Assembly: GCF_009914755.1 (NCBI RefSeq)
Contig: NC_060936.1
Direction: 5' to 3' (one strand)
Source of the DNA: the human T2T-CHM13v2.0 reference genome, Homo sapiens
DNA: 64,000 nucleotides
A program made the translations under genes and the position numbers. Position 1 is the stretch's first letter. Each line of letters opens with the position of its first letter. The notes under the pieces are model-generated. The model searched no databases. It had not been told where the DNA came from and saw only the letters and a program-made list of their open reading frames with translations. Shown here piece by piece: positions 42,948-56,650 of the stretch.

Positions 42948-44726
42948 CCAACTAAGTATTACATTTTTTTCAAAACTGACCAAAAAAGTACCTCACCCCT
43001 TTAATTGCTGTTCTTTTGTACACAGCAAGTGTCTACACCATTCCGGGTCAGTGGATTTCCTCCTGGTCAGCAGGCTGGGCTCATTCAGATGAGTCTGGGC
43101 AGCTCGGGGGCTGGGACTACCGTGTCCTCTGCTATACTCCCAGTCCCCGAATGGCACCTGGCTCATGGGACCCGCACCCTAACTATTTTGTTGAATGAAG
43201 TATTTTATTTCTTGTATCTCCACTTAGCTACAAATGACAGATCATTAACAAGTGAAAATTGAAAGCCGAGATGAAAACCTCCCCCAGGAAACGTAGTCAG
43301 GCTGCTCCATTCTCCAGAGATGTAAATCAATAAAATAATTCCAGAGAGCTTAAGACGCTTGGATCACTCCATAAATTCCTGACATATGAGGGAGCCCTCA
43401 ACTTCCTGGCGTTTCTGTTCCAGGAAGTCTAACCCTGTGGGGACCTGGCTAGCTTTCTAGTCAGTTCTAGTTGGTTTGAATTATTGCAGGCTGCACAGGT
43501 CATGCCTGTACACTCCGCCCCAGAACAATGGGCATCTCACGATGTTATTCTCGATCACAGACATTTCAGCCACCAAGGAAGATGGGGAACAAACACACCG
43601 CCTAGAACCACCCTTGCTGCTCAAGGAAACAGCTCAGAGAACAGGACACTCCCCGGGGACAATGTGTACCTGAGCTCAGCGATGCTTTGCATTTAATTAA
43701 ACACACTTACCGCTCAAGAGCAATTTCATCAGCTTAATCATCTTACACGAAAATTAATTTTGCTCCCACTAAAAGCCCTGGAACAATTATGTATGGAACC
43801 TTCCATCACAGATTAAGCTTATCTTCAGCCCAATTATTTCTTTATTTTCAAACCGAAGTTCAGTGTATCGTGCTATTTTCTAAAATAAAGTTATGTCCAG
43901 AATTTCATTTTCCGTTTTAATGCTAGTTATTAACACTATTCGTGTCTGTAACCACAGCCAACATTTTGAGAGCTTCCTCTGTACTAAGAAAGGTTCAAAG
44001 CATCTTACTCAAAGTGTTCACTGAAGCTTCGAAAGAGCCCGTGAGGTAGGCACTGTGATGACCTGCGCTTGTTACGAGGGAGACACCACGGCCGGCCCAG
44101 AGGGCTTCAGGCACCTCCTGGTCCTACAGCTTGAAAGACAAGGCGTGGGGATTTGGACGTCGGCATCTGGCCCCAGGGACCGCACAGCCACTGGGCTTCA
44201 CCTCTGCCCCCTCCTGTGCCACCCCCTAAGTTAGAGGATCAACACAGACCAAGGGGAGAGAGGCAGCTGCTCTGGGCCACCAAGGTTTTCAAAGGAAAAA
44301 TTATTCTCTTTTCAGATGCGAAAGAAAAGCCTAAGTGGGCCTTTGGAAACATTAAATTGATAACTTTAATACTAGGAAACTACTGGGAACGCCATCAACC
44401 AAAGAAAGGGCAGACATGGCCCTATTAAAGCTAACTAATGTCGGCGTCACAGCCGTCCTGGCACTCAGCGCTGTTTCTGTGGTTGGGCAGGAGAAACCGC
44501 AGTCTTGCCATCATTTTAACTGATTCTAACACGTGCCTTGGAATGCCAGCACAGTGCTCTACTCGCAGCCACTGGCAGGCATGCAGTCATAATTACGAGA
44601 TCACAGAAGGGTCAGATGGTCCCAAGTCCTCTTCTGTTTGCCATTCCAAGGACAGAAAGCTAAATCGTGAGCCCTGACCGCACTGCAAGGGCCAGGTCTC
44701 CCAAGACTGCAGGAAGCCTTCATCTC

Positions 44727-45019
44727 ATGGTGACTGCCGGACACTCAGCCCGGCATCACGGGCTGGATTTAGGATGGTGACTGCCGGACACTCGGCCCGG
44801 CTTCACGGGCTGGATTTAGGATGGTGACTGCCGGACACTCGGCCCGGCATCACGGGCTGGATTTAGGATGGTGACTGCCGGACACTCGGCCCGGCATCAC
44901 GGGCTGGATTTAGGATGGTGACTGCCGGACACTCGGCCCGGCATCACGGGCTGGATTTAGGATGGTGACTGCCGGACACTCGGCCCGGCTTCACGGGCTG
45001 GATTTAGGATGGTGACTGC
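44727..45019 (+). repeat. 47-bp CpG-rich minisatellite, 6.2 copies
   Basis: Unit atggtgactgccggacactcggcccggcatcacgggctggatttagg at 44727, 44774, 44821, 44868, 44915, 44962. Confidence 0.97.
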
Positions 45020-45754
45020 AGCGCTTTGCCTTTCTTCTGCATCATAACTGCCGCCCTCAATTCTTCTCTGCTAATCAGCCTCATGGGCAGAGAGCCCCTC
45101 ATTAGTGCCTGGGAATTAACTGCCGTGCAAAACAGAAAAACAAACTGCGCCTGTGTTGTTCCTGGAGTCCTGGGGAAGGAAGAGGTGGCCGTGCTGAGAG
45201 CACTCCGGGAAAGTGAGTCAGCCTCAGGGCACCTCATGCCCCTTATGCTTGGCTGGAGAGTAAACCAGGAGGACAGAGTGGTCAACACAGCAAGGGGTGC
45301 CGAGCGTGGCTGCACCGGGCTGGGCCCCTCAAAGCCATAGGTGACAATGACAGCTCGCCAGGGCCATCCGAGGATGGGGTCATACCTCAGTGCTGTACGT
45401 CATTAATCCCCACCCTGACTCTATAGATAAGCCACTACCCCCATTGTACAGATGAGAAAACTGAGGCAACCAGAGGTCAAATGCTGTGTCTAAGGTCACA
45501 CAGTTTGTAAATAGCAGAGCCCAGAGTCAAAGCCACGTCTCTGGTGCTAAAGCCATGTTTCTAACCACTGTACCCCCAGCTTCCTGCCACTAGAGCCTGA
45601 AAAATCTTTGCATTGGTACTCAGGGCTCAGGGGACGGGATGTGGGAATCAAAGGCAGACCAGAAAGAGAAGATGGCTTCCCCTCCAGGACACCCCAAATG
45701 ATGCCCCACACTCCAGGGAGAGGCCCTGGCTCCGGCTGCGACTCTGGGTTTAGT

Positions 45755-46066
<312 letters not shown>

Positions 46067-47169
46067 TGGGTTTAGTCTTATAAGTCAGACTATCCGACTA
46101 GGAATAATAACCTTTATTACTTCGACAACCCACATCGACTAACATGCATCTATCCTCTTCCAAGCACCAGGCACTGTCCACGATGTTTTGCTTAAAGTCA
46201 CTCATTTAATCCTGATAGCAACAACCTTATAAGTCAAGTCCCATCATTATCTCCACCTTGGGGATAAGAAAACTAGGCTACACATTGAAGCTCACACCAG
46301 CAGGTCACAGGCACCTTGATCTGAACCAGGCTGGCTCTGAACGGGTCACGTGCCCTCTCGGCCAGGCCACACTGCCGCTCACTGAGAGAGGGGCTAGAAG
46401 GAGGGAACCTGCTTCCCTCCGTGGAGCGCCATCAATTCTTTCCCCAGAATGGCATGAATTTATATCCCCACCTGCTCTGGAGTTTGAGTCTCGGACTGGA
46501 CACATTCCAAATCCCTGCCTCTCTAAACGGCGATGGTTCTCCAACAGCTGCCTCAGGGGTCCTGGCTCAGCTGGCTGTGCTTACACGAAGTCCCCGCAAC
46601 AGCCACCTGCCAACCTGTGCCAACCTTTCATTTTAAGAGGAGAGCTAAGCCCCAGTGAGAGTTCCCCCCTGCACAGTGACATGTAGGCCTCCTGCCTGTG
46701 GAACGCAGGGAGCTCACACTCGCCCTGGCCCCGGGTGCACGGGCCACAGCAGCAGCTCCCCACTCCCATTGGCAGGTCCTGTGATGTGTGTGGAGCATAT
46801 GTCTCCTGTGTCAGGGAGAGGTGAGCCCCACAAGCGACCAGCAGGAGAGGATGAAGGGCAGGAAGGCGGAGCCCAAACCTCCTGAGGACCAGGACCATGG
46901 AAGCGCAGAGATGAAAGCCGGTCCCTACAGAAATCACTGGGCCATGGACAGGCACCCCATGGGACTGGGGACGGGAGAGCTGTTGCCTACAGAAATCACT
47001 AGGTCAGGGGCAGGTGCCCCATGGAACTGGGGAGAAGAAAGAAATCACTAGGTCAGGGACAGGTCCCCCACTTTACAGATAAGAAAACAAATTCTATACA
47101 TGCGGAGGGAAAGCAAGCCCACCCAGGCTGCACTCTGCGGAGGCGGGGACCACTGCTCCATGTCCTTCC

Positions 47170-47530
47170 ATTCACATTTATTGAACACCTGCGTGGGACA
47201 TGTGTCAGTGAATAACACGGGGCAAGGGTAAGGTCCTGCCCCAAGGAGCAGACATGCCCACAGAGCAACAGAGGCAAGAAACACGCAAGCAGACAACAGC
47301 CAGTTTCAGCTCATGAGAGTGAAAGAGAACAAGGAAACTGGAGAGCAAGCAGTGGGGTCTGCGAGGGGCAGCGATTTTAGACAGTGTGGTCAAGGTGGGC
47401 CCCCCAAGAAGGTGTCCTCTGAGCAAAGCCTAGAGCAGTGAAGCGGAGGTGGCCATGCTGAGACAGAGACAGAGAGAGATCCCAGGCAGCTGGCACAGCA
47501 CATGCAAAGGCCCTGAGGCAGGAGCTGGAG
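47170..47530 (-). mobile_element. L2 fragment
   Basis: cattcacatttattgaacacc...gcacatgcaaaggccctgaggcagga. Confidence 0.75.
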
Positions 47531-48575
47531 CCCAGGCAGCCACCCTCCCAAAACAGTGCTCACCAACAGTCCTGATGGACATGAAGGATTCCGCTCTCAC
47601 TGGCAGAAAAGCTATACTGTGGATTCAGGGGCCTGTAGCCTCTCCCATTGAGACGAAGGAAAGGAAGTGGAGAGGCAGACTCCCTAACAAGGCCTCGAAC
47701 TCACTCACACACACACACTTGCTACAAGACTGGAAGGCAGAGAGGGTGCTGTGAGGAAACACACCACGTCCTGCCCCGTGGTTTTAGACAAATTAGCTTT
47801 CATGAGCTGCTCAGCTCTTAATCCATTAGGGCAGACACGTGTCACCTTGGTTAAGAGCACCGTAAGATCCAGCCCTGAGACGCCTGCTGCATTTAAAATA
47901 CAATCGCACATCGATCTGGACTCTACCTGTGGCCGAATTCATTATCCAGTCTGGGAAGATTAACCATCACAAAGAATCTATATAAATGGGATGGGAAGAT
48001 TAAAAGTATCCTTACTTCGAGGAGCCGTATCATCAAGTGCAAATTAATTTGTGCAAGGTAGCACACCTGCGTCTAAGCCCAGTGTCTGCGTATAAAGCCC
48101 AGGAATTACGGGAGACATTTTGAAGCCAAGTGATCCTAATCACCGTCAGACTTCAGGGGCAGCAAGGCTAGCGAGTGACGTCGGAAAAGCCACAGGACAG
48201 AGACCCTGAGCCCTCAGGAGCATATGGCCACAACCACTGCGTTACTTAGGTATGTCTGAAATCATCCTCCGGCCTGAGAACGTGGCACAGAGTCACTGGG
48301 CAAAGCACCCAACGGCTCTGGCTGACTTCACATGCTGACTGACTTCAAGGGCTGTGGCCCACTGGGTTTCCCCACACAGGCCCCTTAAGCAGCACCTGCC
48401 AGCGGCAATGACCAAGGACATTCTCCCAGTTGGGTCCGGGAGCCAGCGCCTAGTCTCTCAAACTGTGAAATACTCAGGAACACTGTGAACCCGTTGTTAA
48501 GTCACAGGTAGTTTGAAATCAGTTGTGGTTGGAGTGTTTACACCACAGAAATAGGCAAAGACTACAAATCAGAAC

Positions 48576-48791
48576 TTTTTTTTTTTTTTTTGAGACAGTC
48601 TCACTCTGTTGCCCAGACTGGAGTGCAGTGGCGCAATCTTGGCTCACTGCAGCCTCCGTCCACCTCCCAGGTTCAAGAGAGTCTCCCGCCTCAGGCCCCC
48701 GAGTAGCTGGGACTACGGTGTGTCCACCACGCCTGGCAAATTTTTGTATTTTTAATAGAGACGGGTTTCACCACGCTGGCCAGGCTGCTCT
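48576..48791 (-). mobile_element. 5'-truncated Alu
   Basis: Right arm plus partial left arm; TSD ctacaaatcagaac/ctacaaatcacagc. Confidence 0.9.
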
Positions 48792-48899
48792 CTACAAATC
48801 ACAGCTTTTACCAGCACACCGCTCCCCCAAAACCAACTTCTATTATCCAGAGGAGAAAATAAACCAGAATTGAATTTTGTATGCTACAGACATTGGAGT

Positions 48900-49310
48900 T
48901 ACTCCCTCCAGGCCCCTGAAGTTCACTGCTCTTCCCCAGCACTGGCTGGATGTGATATCGGGTTAACCAGCCAGCACCTTCCACCCCTACAGTCAGGACA
49001 CGGGATGGGCAGAGAACTCAAGCCAGTTCAAAGTGAACTTTAGGATTGGAGAAAGTCATGCCCTCTCCCACTGGAGCAAGCACATAGCCTGGGGGACAAG
49101 GTCAAAGCCATTTTGTGGCTACAAGAGGAGTCGGCGTTAGCCCAAAGAGCAGAGAGAAGGATGAGAAGAAACAAAGTCCTCGCTGATGACATTAAGTCTC
49201 TGGATCAAACCGTGCCTGATCTCTTCCTTATCGCTGGACTTTCAGGTTATTTAAACTTACACATGCTTTTTATATTTAAGCCACTTGGAGATGCACTTTC
49301 TTTGAATAGA
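48900..49310 (+). mobile_element. MLT1J/K-like LTR
   Basis: gccattttgtg...ctggatcaaaccgtgcctga...tttaagccact. Confidence 0.6.
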
Positions 49311-49521
49311 AAGATTTCTTACCAACAGAAATCTGAAACCAACTCTTTACAGTTTAGTCTTCCTTGCCTAACTAAATGGATTCATTAAAGCTCTTTTCAG
49401 TTACTAAGTCACTGAATAGCTTTGTTTGCACTCCTATGCTTTTAAAGAAGGAAAGAAAAAACCCAGGGAACAACACTTTGCGTTTCACCCAAGCATTGAA
49501 ATCTGTGGTGCGGCAGCCAGT

Positions 49522-50490
49522 TCCCTCTCCACCTCCCTCACCACCTGCCTCTCCACCTCCCTCACCACTTCCCTCTCCACCTCCCTCTCCACCTGCCTCA
49601 TCACCTCCCTCACCACCTCCCTCACCACCTCCCTCACCACCTCCCTCACCACCTGCCTCATCACCTCCCTCACCACCTCCCTCACCACCTCCCTCACCAC
49701 CTCCCTCACCACCTCCCTCACCACCTCCCTCACCACCTCCCTCACCACCTCCCTCACCACCTCCCTCACCACCTCCCTCACCACCTCCCTCTCCACCTCC
49801 CTCTCCACCTCCCTCTCCACCTCCCTCACCACCTCCCTCTCCACCTCCCTCTCCACCTCCCTCACCACCTCCCTCTCCACCTCCCTCACCACCTCCCTCA
49901 CCACCTCCCTCACCACCTCCCTCACCACCTCCCTCACCACCTCCCTCATCACCTCCCTCACCACCTCCCTCTCCACCTCCCTCTCCACCTCCCTCACCAC
50001 CTCCCTCACCACCTCCCTCACCACCTCCCTCACCACCTCCCTCTCCACCTCCCTCACCACCTCCCTCACCACCTCCCTCACCACCTCCCTCACCACCTCC
50101 CTCACCACCTCCCTCACCACCTGCCTCATCACCTGCCTCTCCACCTCCCTCACCACTTCCCTCTCCACCTCCCTCACCACCTCCCTCACCACCTCCCTCA
50201 CCACCTCCCTCACCACCTCCCTCACCACCTCCCTCATCACCTCCCTCACCACCTCCCTCACCACCTCCCTCTCCACCTCCCTCACCACCTGCCTCATCAC
50301 CTCCCTCTCCACCTCCCTCACCACCTGCCTCTCCACCTCCCTCACCACTTCCCTCTCCACCTCCCTCACCACCTGCCTCATCACCTCCCTCACCACCTGC
50401 CTCGCCACCTCCCTCACCACCTCCCTCGCCACCTCCCTCACCACCTCCCTCACCACCTCCCTCGCCACCTCCCTCGCCACCTCCCTCGCT
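49522..50490 (+). repeat. 12-bp minisatellite (CCACCTCCCTCA)n, ~80 copies
   Basis: Direct reading; source of the 331-419 aa PPPS/GGEG/TTSL/VVRE pseudo-ORFs. Confidence 0.98.
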
Positions 50491-51011
50491 ACTGCAAAAG
50501 GGATTGTTTCCTCCAGCTCCTAATGGCCCTCTGCTCCCATTTCCTCCTCGAGGTCCTGTTTTCAGATGCTTTCTTGCCCCAATCCAAGGTCGCAAGCACA
50601 CGCATCTCCACAAGAAGAATGACAACCAATCTTAGAGGTATAGGGAGCTTCAAATTTACCCCATTGTCAGGAAAAGAGAAGCCCTATCTAAAACTTAAAA
50701 TTGTACAAAGCTAGAGTTGGAAAAAAATCGTTGATGTCATCTCCTACAGGGCAAGAGAAAGCCGCCTCCAGGGGCGAATGATTTATTGCAGGTCGCACAA
50801 CTCACACACAGAGTCCCTGAACCAGGGCTGAGAACCCAGCAGTTCAGACTCTGCAGCCACGACACACAGGCGCCATGGGCATGACAGTGGGTGAGGACGC
50901 CCAGCAGCCCAGGAGCCACATTGGTGTTTGCCAGCTGCACCTGCTCCCCATCTCCTGGCCTAGAGGCCCAGCCTTAGCCTACGCAATTCTCACGGGACAG
51001 ACATATGCATG

Positions 51012-52003
<992 letters not shown>

Positions 52004-52468
52004 CATGCACACACGTGTGCACACACATGTGAACACACGTGTGTACACACCCGCCTCACGTGGTACAGAAAGCCAAAGGGCATGTCAGGAGTCACGCGCT
52101 GATCATCACCGAGCAGATACATCCCTAGATTATGAGTTCCTAAACTTTTACACATCTTTCTTTTCTAAATTTTCAACAGTAAATACTAAAGATGAAAAAA
52201 TGTTTCTCACAGCTGTCAAGGGAAAAGGGGAAATCCCATTTCGTGCGCCACTAATGGAAGAGGAAACAGACACGAACTCTCACTTCTCAAATGCCCTAAA
52301 AACATGGTTTTTTGACCCAGAAATTCCACCTTCATAAATTTATTTAAAGGATCATAATGGACAGGACTGAATCATCTTATCTTTTAGAATTACACACATA
52401 AGGTATTCATTGTAAAAAAAATTGAAAAGCATAAAGGAGAAAATAAAAACTTCGTAATATCCCCTTAA

Positions 52469-52975
<507 letters not shown>

Positions 52976-53229
52976 TAATTTTTGCAGCACCACGGGTTAA
53001 ATACTGTGGGCCCTGAACACCATTTTCATGTGGATTCCATGATCCTCAATGACCTCCTGACTCAGAGGCACGGGAGCAGATCTCCCGGCTTTTCCTGCCC
53101 TTCGTGGCGGCCGATAGGCTCAGTCGGAGGTGGGTATGGAGGTGGGTACGGAGGTGGCAGGAGGAAGCTATGGACAAGAGAGCAACCGGAGGGACAGAAC
53201 CGTGCCAAGCGCGTGTGTGACTGCAAAGC

Positions 53230-53600
53230 CAGCCTCTAGGCCAAGTAAGGCGCTGGAATGTGGGGCTTGCTGCGACGTACGTTTCTCTCCTCCTCAGCGG
53301 AGAGATGAGTGCTCCCGGCCGGAGGCCGCTCCGCTCCATGCAGTGACTTAGAGACCCAGGCCCCTCCCTCCGTGGCCGCCCAACCCCTGGGGCCTCATGG
53401 CCTCCGCATCCAGCCAGTGGGGTACTGGGAAGGGCGGCGCCTTCCCCCGACTCAGGGCTCCACTCTCCCATTGGCCAGAACAAGCCACGTGGCCACCCAG
53501 ACCCAAGGGCTGCTGGGAAATGTGCCCCTCCGCTGAGAAGTGGCTTCCCACAGCCGTTCTGTGCAATGGGGAAAAATCCGGGGTGAACGGCTAGCAGACT
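53230..53600 (-). mobile_element. Old MLT1-family LTR within a CpG-rich segment
   Basis: ctccatgcagtgacttagagacccaggc...ccattggccagaacaagccacgtggccac...ctgggaaatgt. Confidence 0.6.
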
Positions 53601-54968
53601 CTTCCTTGGAGAGACAGCGCGGGCCACATAGGAGACCCCCAAACAATGGATACCCCATGCTAGGAGGACCAACTCACTCACCCTGGTAGGCCTGGATTTT
53701 CCCACTTTCAGCCCTGGAGATCCTCTCAGCCCTGAGAAAATCAGAGATGTGGTCTCCCTGCCCCCTGCTCACAGTTTCACCAAGACAGCACCCGAACAGG
53801 GAGGGGTGCCCTGCTACCCCAGCCCCCGAAGAGGACGTGCGGGTGCTGGGAGTACTCTACTCAGTGACCCCAGCACTTCACACTCTGCGGGCCCTGGAGA
53901 AGCTGCCCCACCTCCCTTCAACCCATAGGCTCAGGAGACTCCAAAGTCAAGCCTTGTCTGCAGGTCGGAGATTCAACAGGAACAAGCGGTACGAGACTCT
54001 CAGAGATGAGGGAGGTGCAGAGTATATTGTTGAAGCTGAAAAAAAAAAACCAAACCTGAGGACCTGCTCCTCCAGTGTGGGGTGAACCCTCGGGGAGACG
54101 CAGTGGGGACTCGCAGGCAACCAAGGAGGCAGTCTACACAGAAAATTGCGGCTGCTGCCTTGCCCCCAGCACCAAGGGGGCTTGGTGGGCAGCTTGCAAG
54201 CTGTCCAAAGGGTACATTTCTGCCCTTCATGTGCAGCGTGGTCCCTGGGTGCTGACTCGTGCCCACCTTCCCCAGCAGCCAGCTGCCGGGTCCATTCTTA
54301 AAAACCTCCAGGGGACATCTGGGCACCCTTCCGAAACGTGCTGCCAGCTCCCAGCCTGGGGCTCTAAATAGAACTGCTCTTAACACCGCATGTGTGCTCT
54401 TCCTACTCCAGCCAGCCTTCTGCTCGTTGCTACCACTTTGCTAAATGCAAGCTTCTCACAACACTTGTTTTCTTTATCTGTGGATTCAGCAGGGAAGCCC
54501 TGCCATAGGGCGTGACCCAGTCACAGGGGCCTGCCCACCTGGGGGCTCCGTGTCCCCTCCAGCAGCACATGTGAGCGGATGGGTCCCCAGAGCATGCTCC
54601 TGTCTTGGCATTTGAAATCCGCCGTGGAAGCCTTCTGAAAATTGTGCTTTCAAATACAAATACTGACCTCAGTCCAAGCCCAGATTTACTCTAATTGTCT
54701 GAAGACCCCTTTCCACCAACTCAGTAAACAAGGGAGACTCTGAGTTGTTTTCTTAACCGATCATTGTTTTCTGGGGGGCAAAGTGGAGCGTCGGGGGAGA
54801 GATTTTTCCCCTCAAAACAAGCAATTGCTTTTATAATTTAAATTAGGCCTATGCCCTAAAAGAAAATCGCTGGTAATAAATGCAAGCCTGCTGACCTTGG
54901 AGGAAAATATCAGAGAGATTTCAAGCAGCATTTTCTTGAACAAAAATTTACACAGCCTTGTTTTTTTT

Positions 54969-55000
<32 letters not shown>

Positions 55001-55919
55001 GAAACTGCTTTGTAAATGTCACAGGAAGGATGCTTGGCGGAGGCTGAGAAAGCTTCCGAGCCACTTATTTCTGTTGAGAATGAAGAACTACAGCCTGGGT
55101 CAGGACTGAGGCTCCACTCCTGGCTTCTTAAAGCATCTCTACCTCCAAGCAAAGCTTCTCAGGGATGCTTTCTGCAAAAGACCAACATCTGGGGTCCCAC
55201 AAAGCTCAGCACTTTTCAATTTTATTCTGCAGGGCACTCAGGCAGGTGTGAGAGAGATCAGCGGGCCCTGCTGGCGGCCTGAGGAGACCTCAGGGGGCTC
55301 TGAAAGACAGGTTCCAAAGCATCCATTGTTAGAGGGGAACGTAAGGACTATGATGACACAGATGGCAGGGCGATGGCGTTGAGGAGGCTGTCAACATCTC
55401 GGAGTTCTTCCCATGTGCAAGGCAGGGTGCTGAGCCTGTGATGCGTATGTATGAAGCCGTGTCATGCTCACCACTCCCCTATTGAGCAGGTGAGATGGTC
55501 ATTCCCACTTTATAGAGGAGAAAACCACGGGCAGCCCTGGAGCCTGCCCACGGCACAGCCGTCCTGGCATGGCGGTCCTCAGGCTAATGGAAAACGCAGC
55601 GATGAACCCAGAAGAAAGCAAAACTTCACCTGGGTGGGATCTGGAAACACCCTTCGAGCTGAATCTTTTCATGTCTGTGTGTCTTTTCAAAGAACCAGCC
55701 CTTTGTGAGAGTCTTAAGTTAAAGATTTCTAGTGATGCACATTCATGAATTTAACACATTTCACATTATGAATTTGTGCTTGGAATTTAATTATCTGCAG
55801 GATTATGTACCAGCTCTACTCTTCGTTGAGAGACTGAACAAGTCCTGTGTCTTAGCAGTTATCATATTATAGCTTTTGGAAAGCTTTTTGATGTTAAAAA
55901 AAAAATGTTTAGGAATTAA

Positions 55920-56650
55920 AAGCATTTTATTTCATAGAAGTTTTAAAAAGCACCAGGCTTTGAGGTTGTTTGCTGGTTCTGCTGTTGTCTACTAAATCAT
56001 TGTGTTCTGCTTTTCTCTTTATTTACTCTTCCCTCCTGCCTCAGCTTTATCTTGTTAGTCTTCTGGTTTCTAGCATTGAATGTTTTGATTAATTTGGGTT
56101 TTTTAAATACTCTTCTTCATATAAGAGGATCTGAAGCTATGTATTTTCCTTGGAGTGTAGCTTTGGCATAACCTTATGTATTGGTATATAGCAGGACCCA
56201 GGAAACTATGTAGCCTTTAGGCCAAATCTGGCCCACCACCTGTTTTTGTAAATGAAGTTTTGTTGGAACACAGCCACACCACTTGTTTACATAGTATCTA
56301 TGGCTGCCTTAGTATATGGCAGCAAAGTTTAGTTGTTGCCACAAAGACTTTCTAGCCTGCAAAGCTGAACATGTTTACCATCTGACTTTTTTCCAAAAAA
56401 GTTTGCCAACCCTTAGAATGTAAGATCCTTGTCCTTAACTTCTAAATGGCTTGTAGTTTTGTTTCCCTCTTTGGTGCCCTCACTTTTTCATCTGTTACGC
56501 TCATTTTTGTTAATATTGTCCAATGGTTAGATTTGCAGAGTGGGGGTTTCTATTATCAATTTCTTAAAGGATTATATTGGGCCGTATCTGCATTCCCTTG
56601 AGGATATGGAGCATCTCAGTGGTCTTGCAGGGCTCTTAGGTTTTGCCATA
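55920..56650 (-). mobile_element. Old L1M fragment containing a MER58A insert (56192-56414, + strand)
   Basis: T-rich antisense L1 motifs; ggccaaatctggcccaccacctgtttttgtaaat...aaaagtttgccaaccc. Confidence 0.75.

Noticed and set aside
44727-45019. CRISPR-like palindromic direct repeats
   Set aside because: No unique spacers, no cas genes, and the DNA is primate; it is a head-to-tail VNTR
49372-50635. Longest ORFs (419, 417, 365, 331 aa; extensin-like SPPP, GGEG)
   Set aside because: All are readings of a stop-free 12-bp tandem repeat open in several frames on both strands; no coding context
53963-54085. Protein-like stretch RRFNRNKRYETLRDEGGAEYIVEAE after a cag| acceptor
   Set aside because: No recognisable homology, an internal A11 run, weak donor and no compatible neighbouring exons
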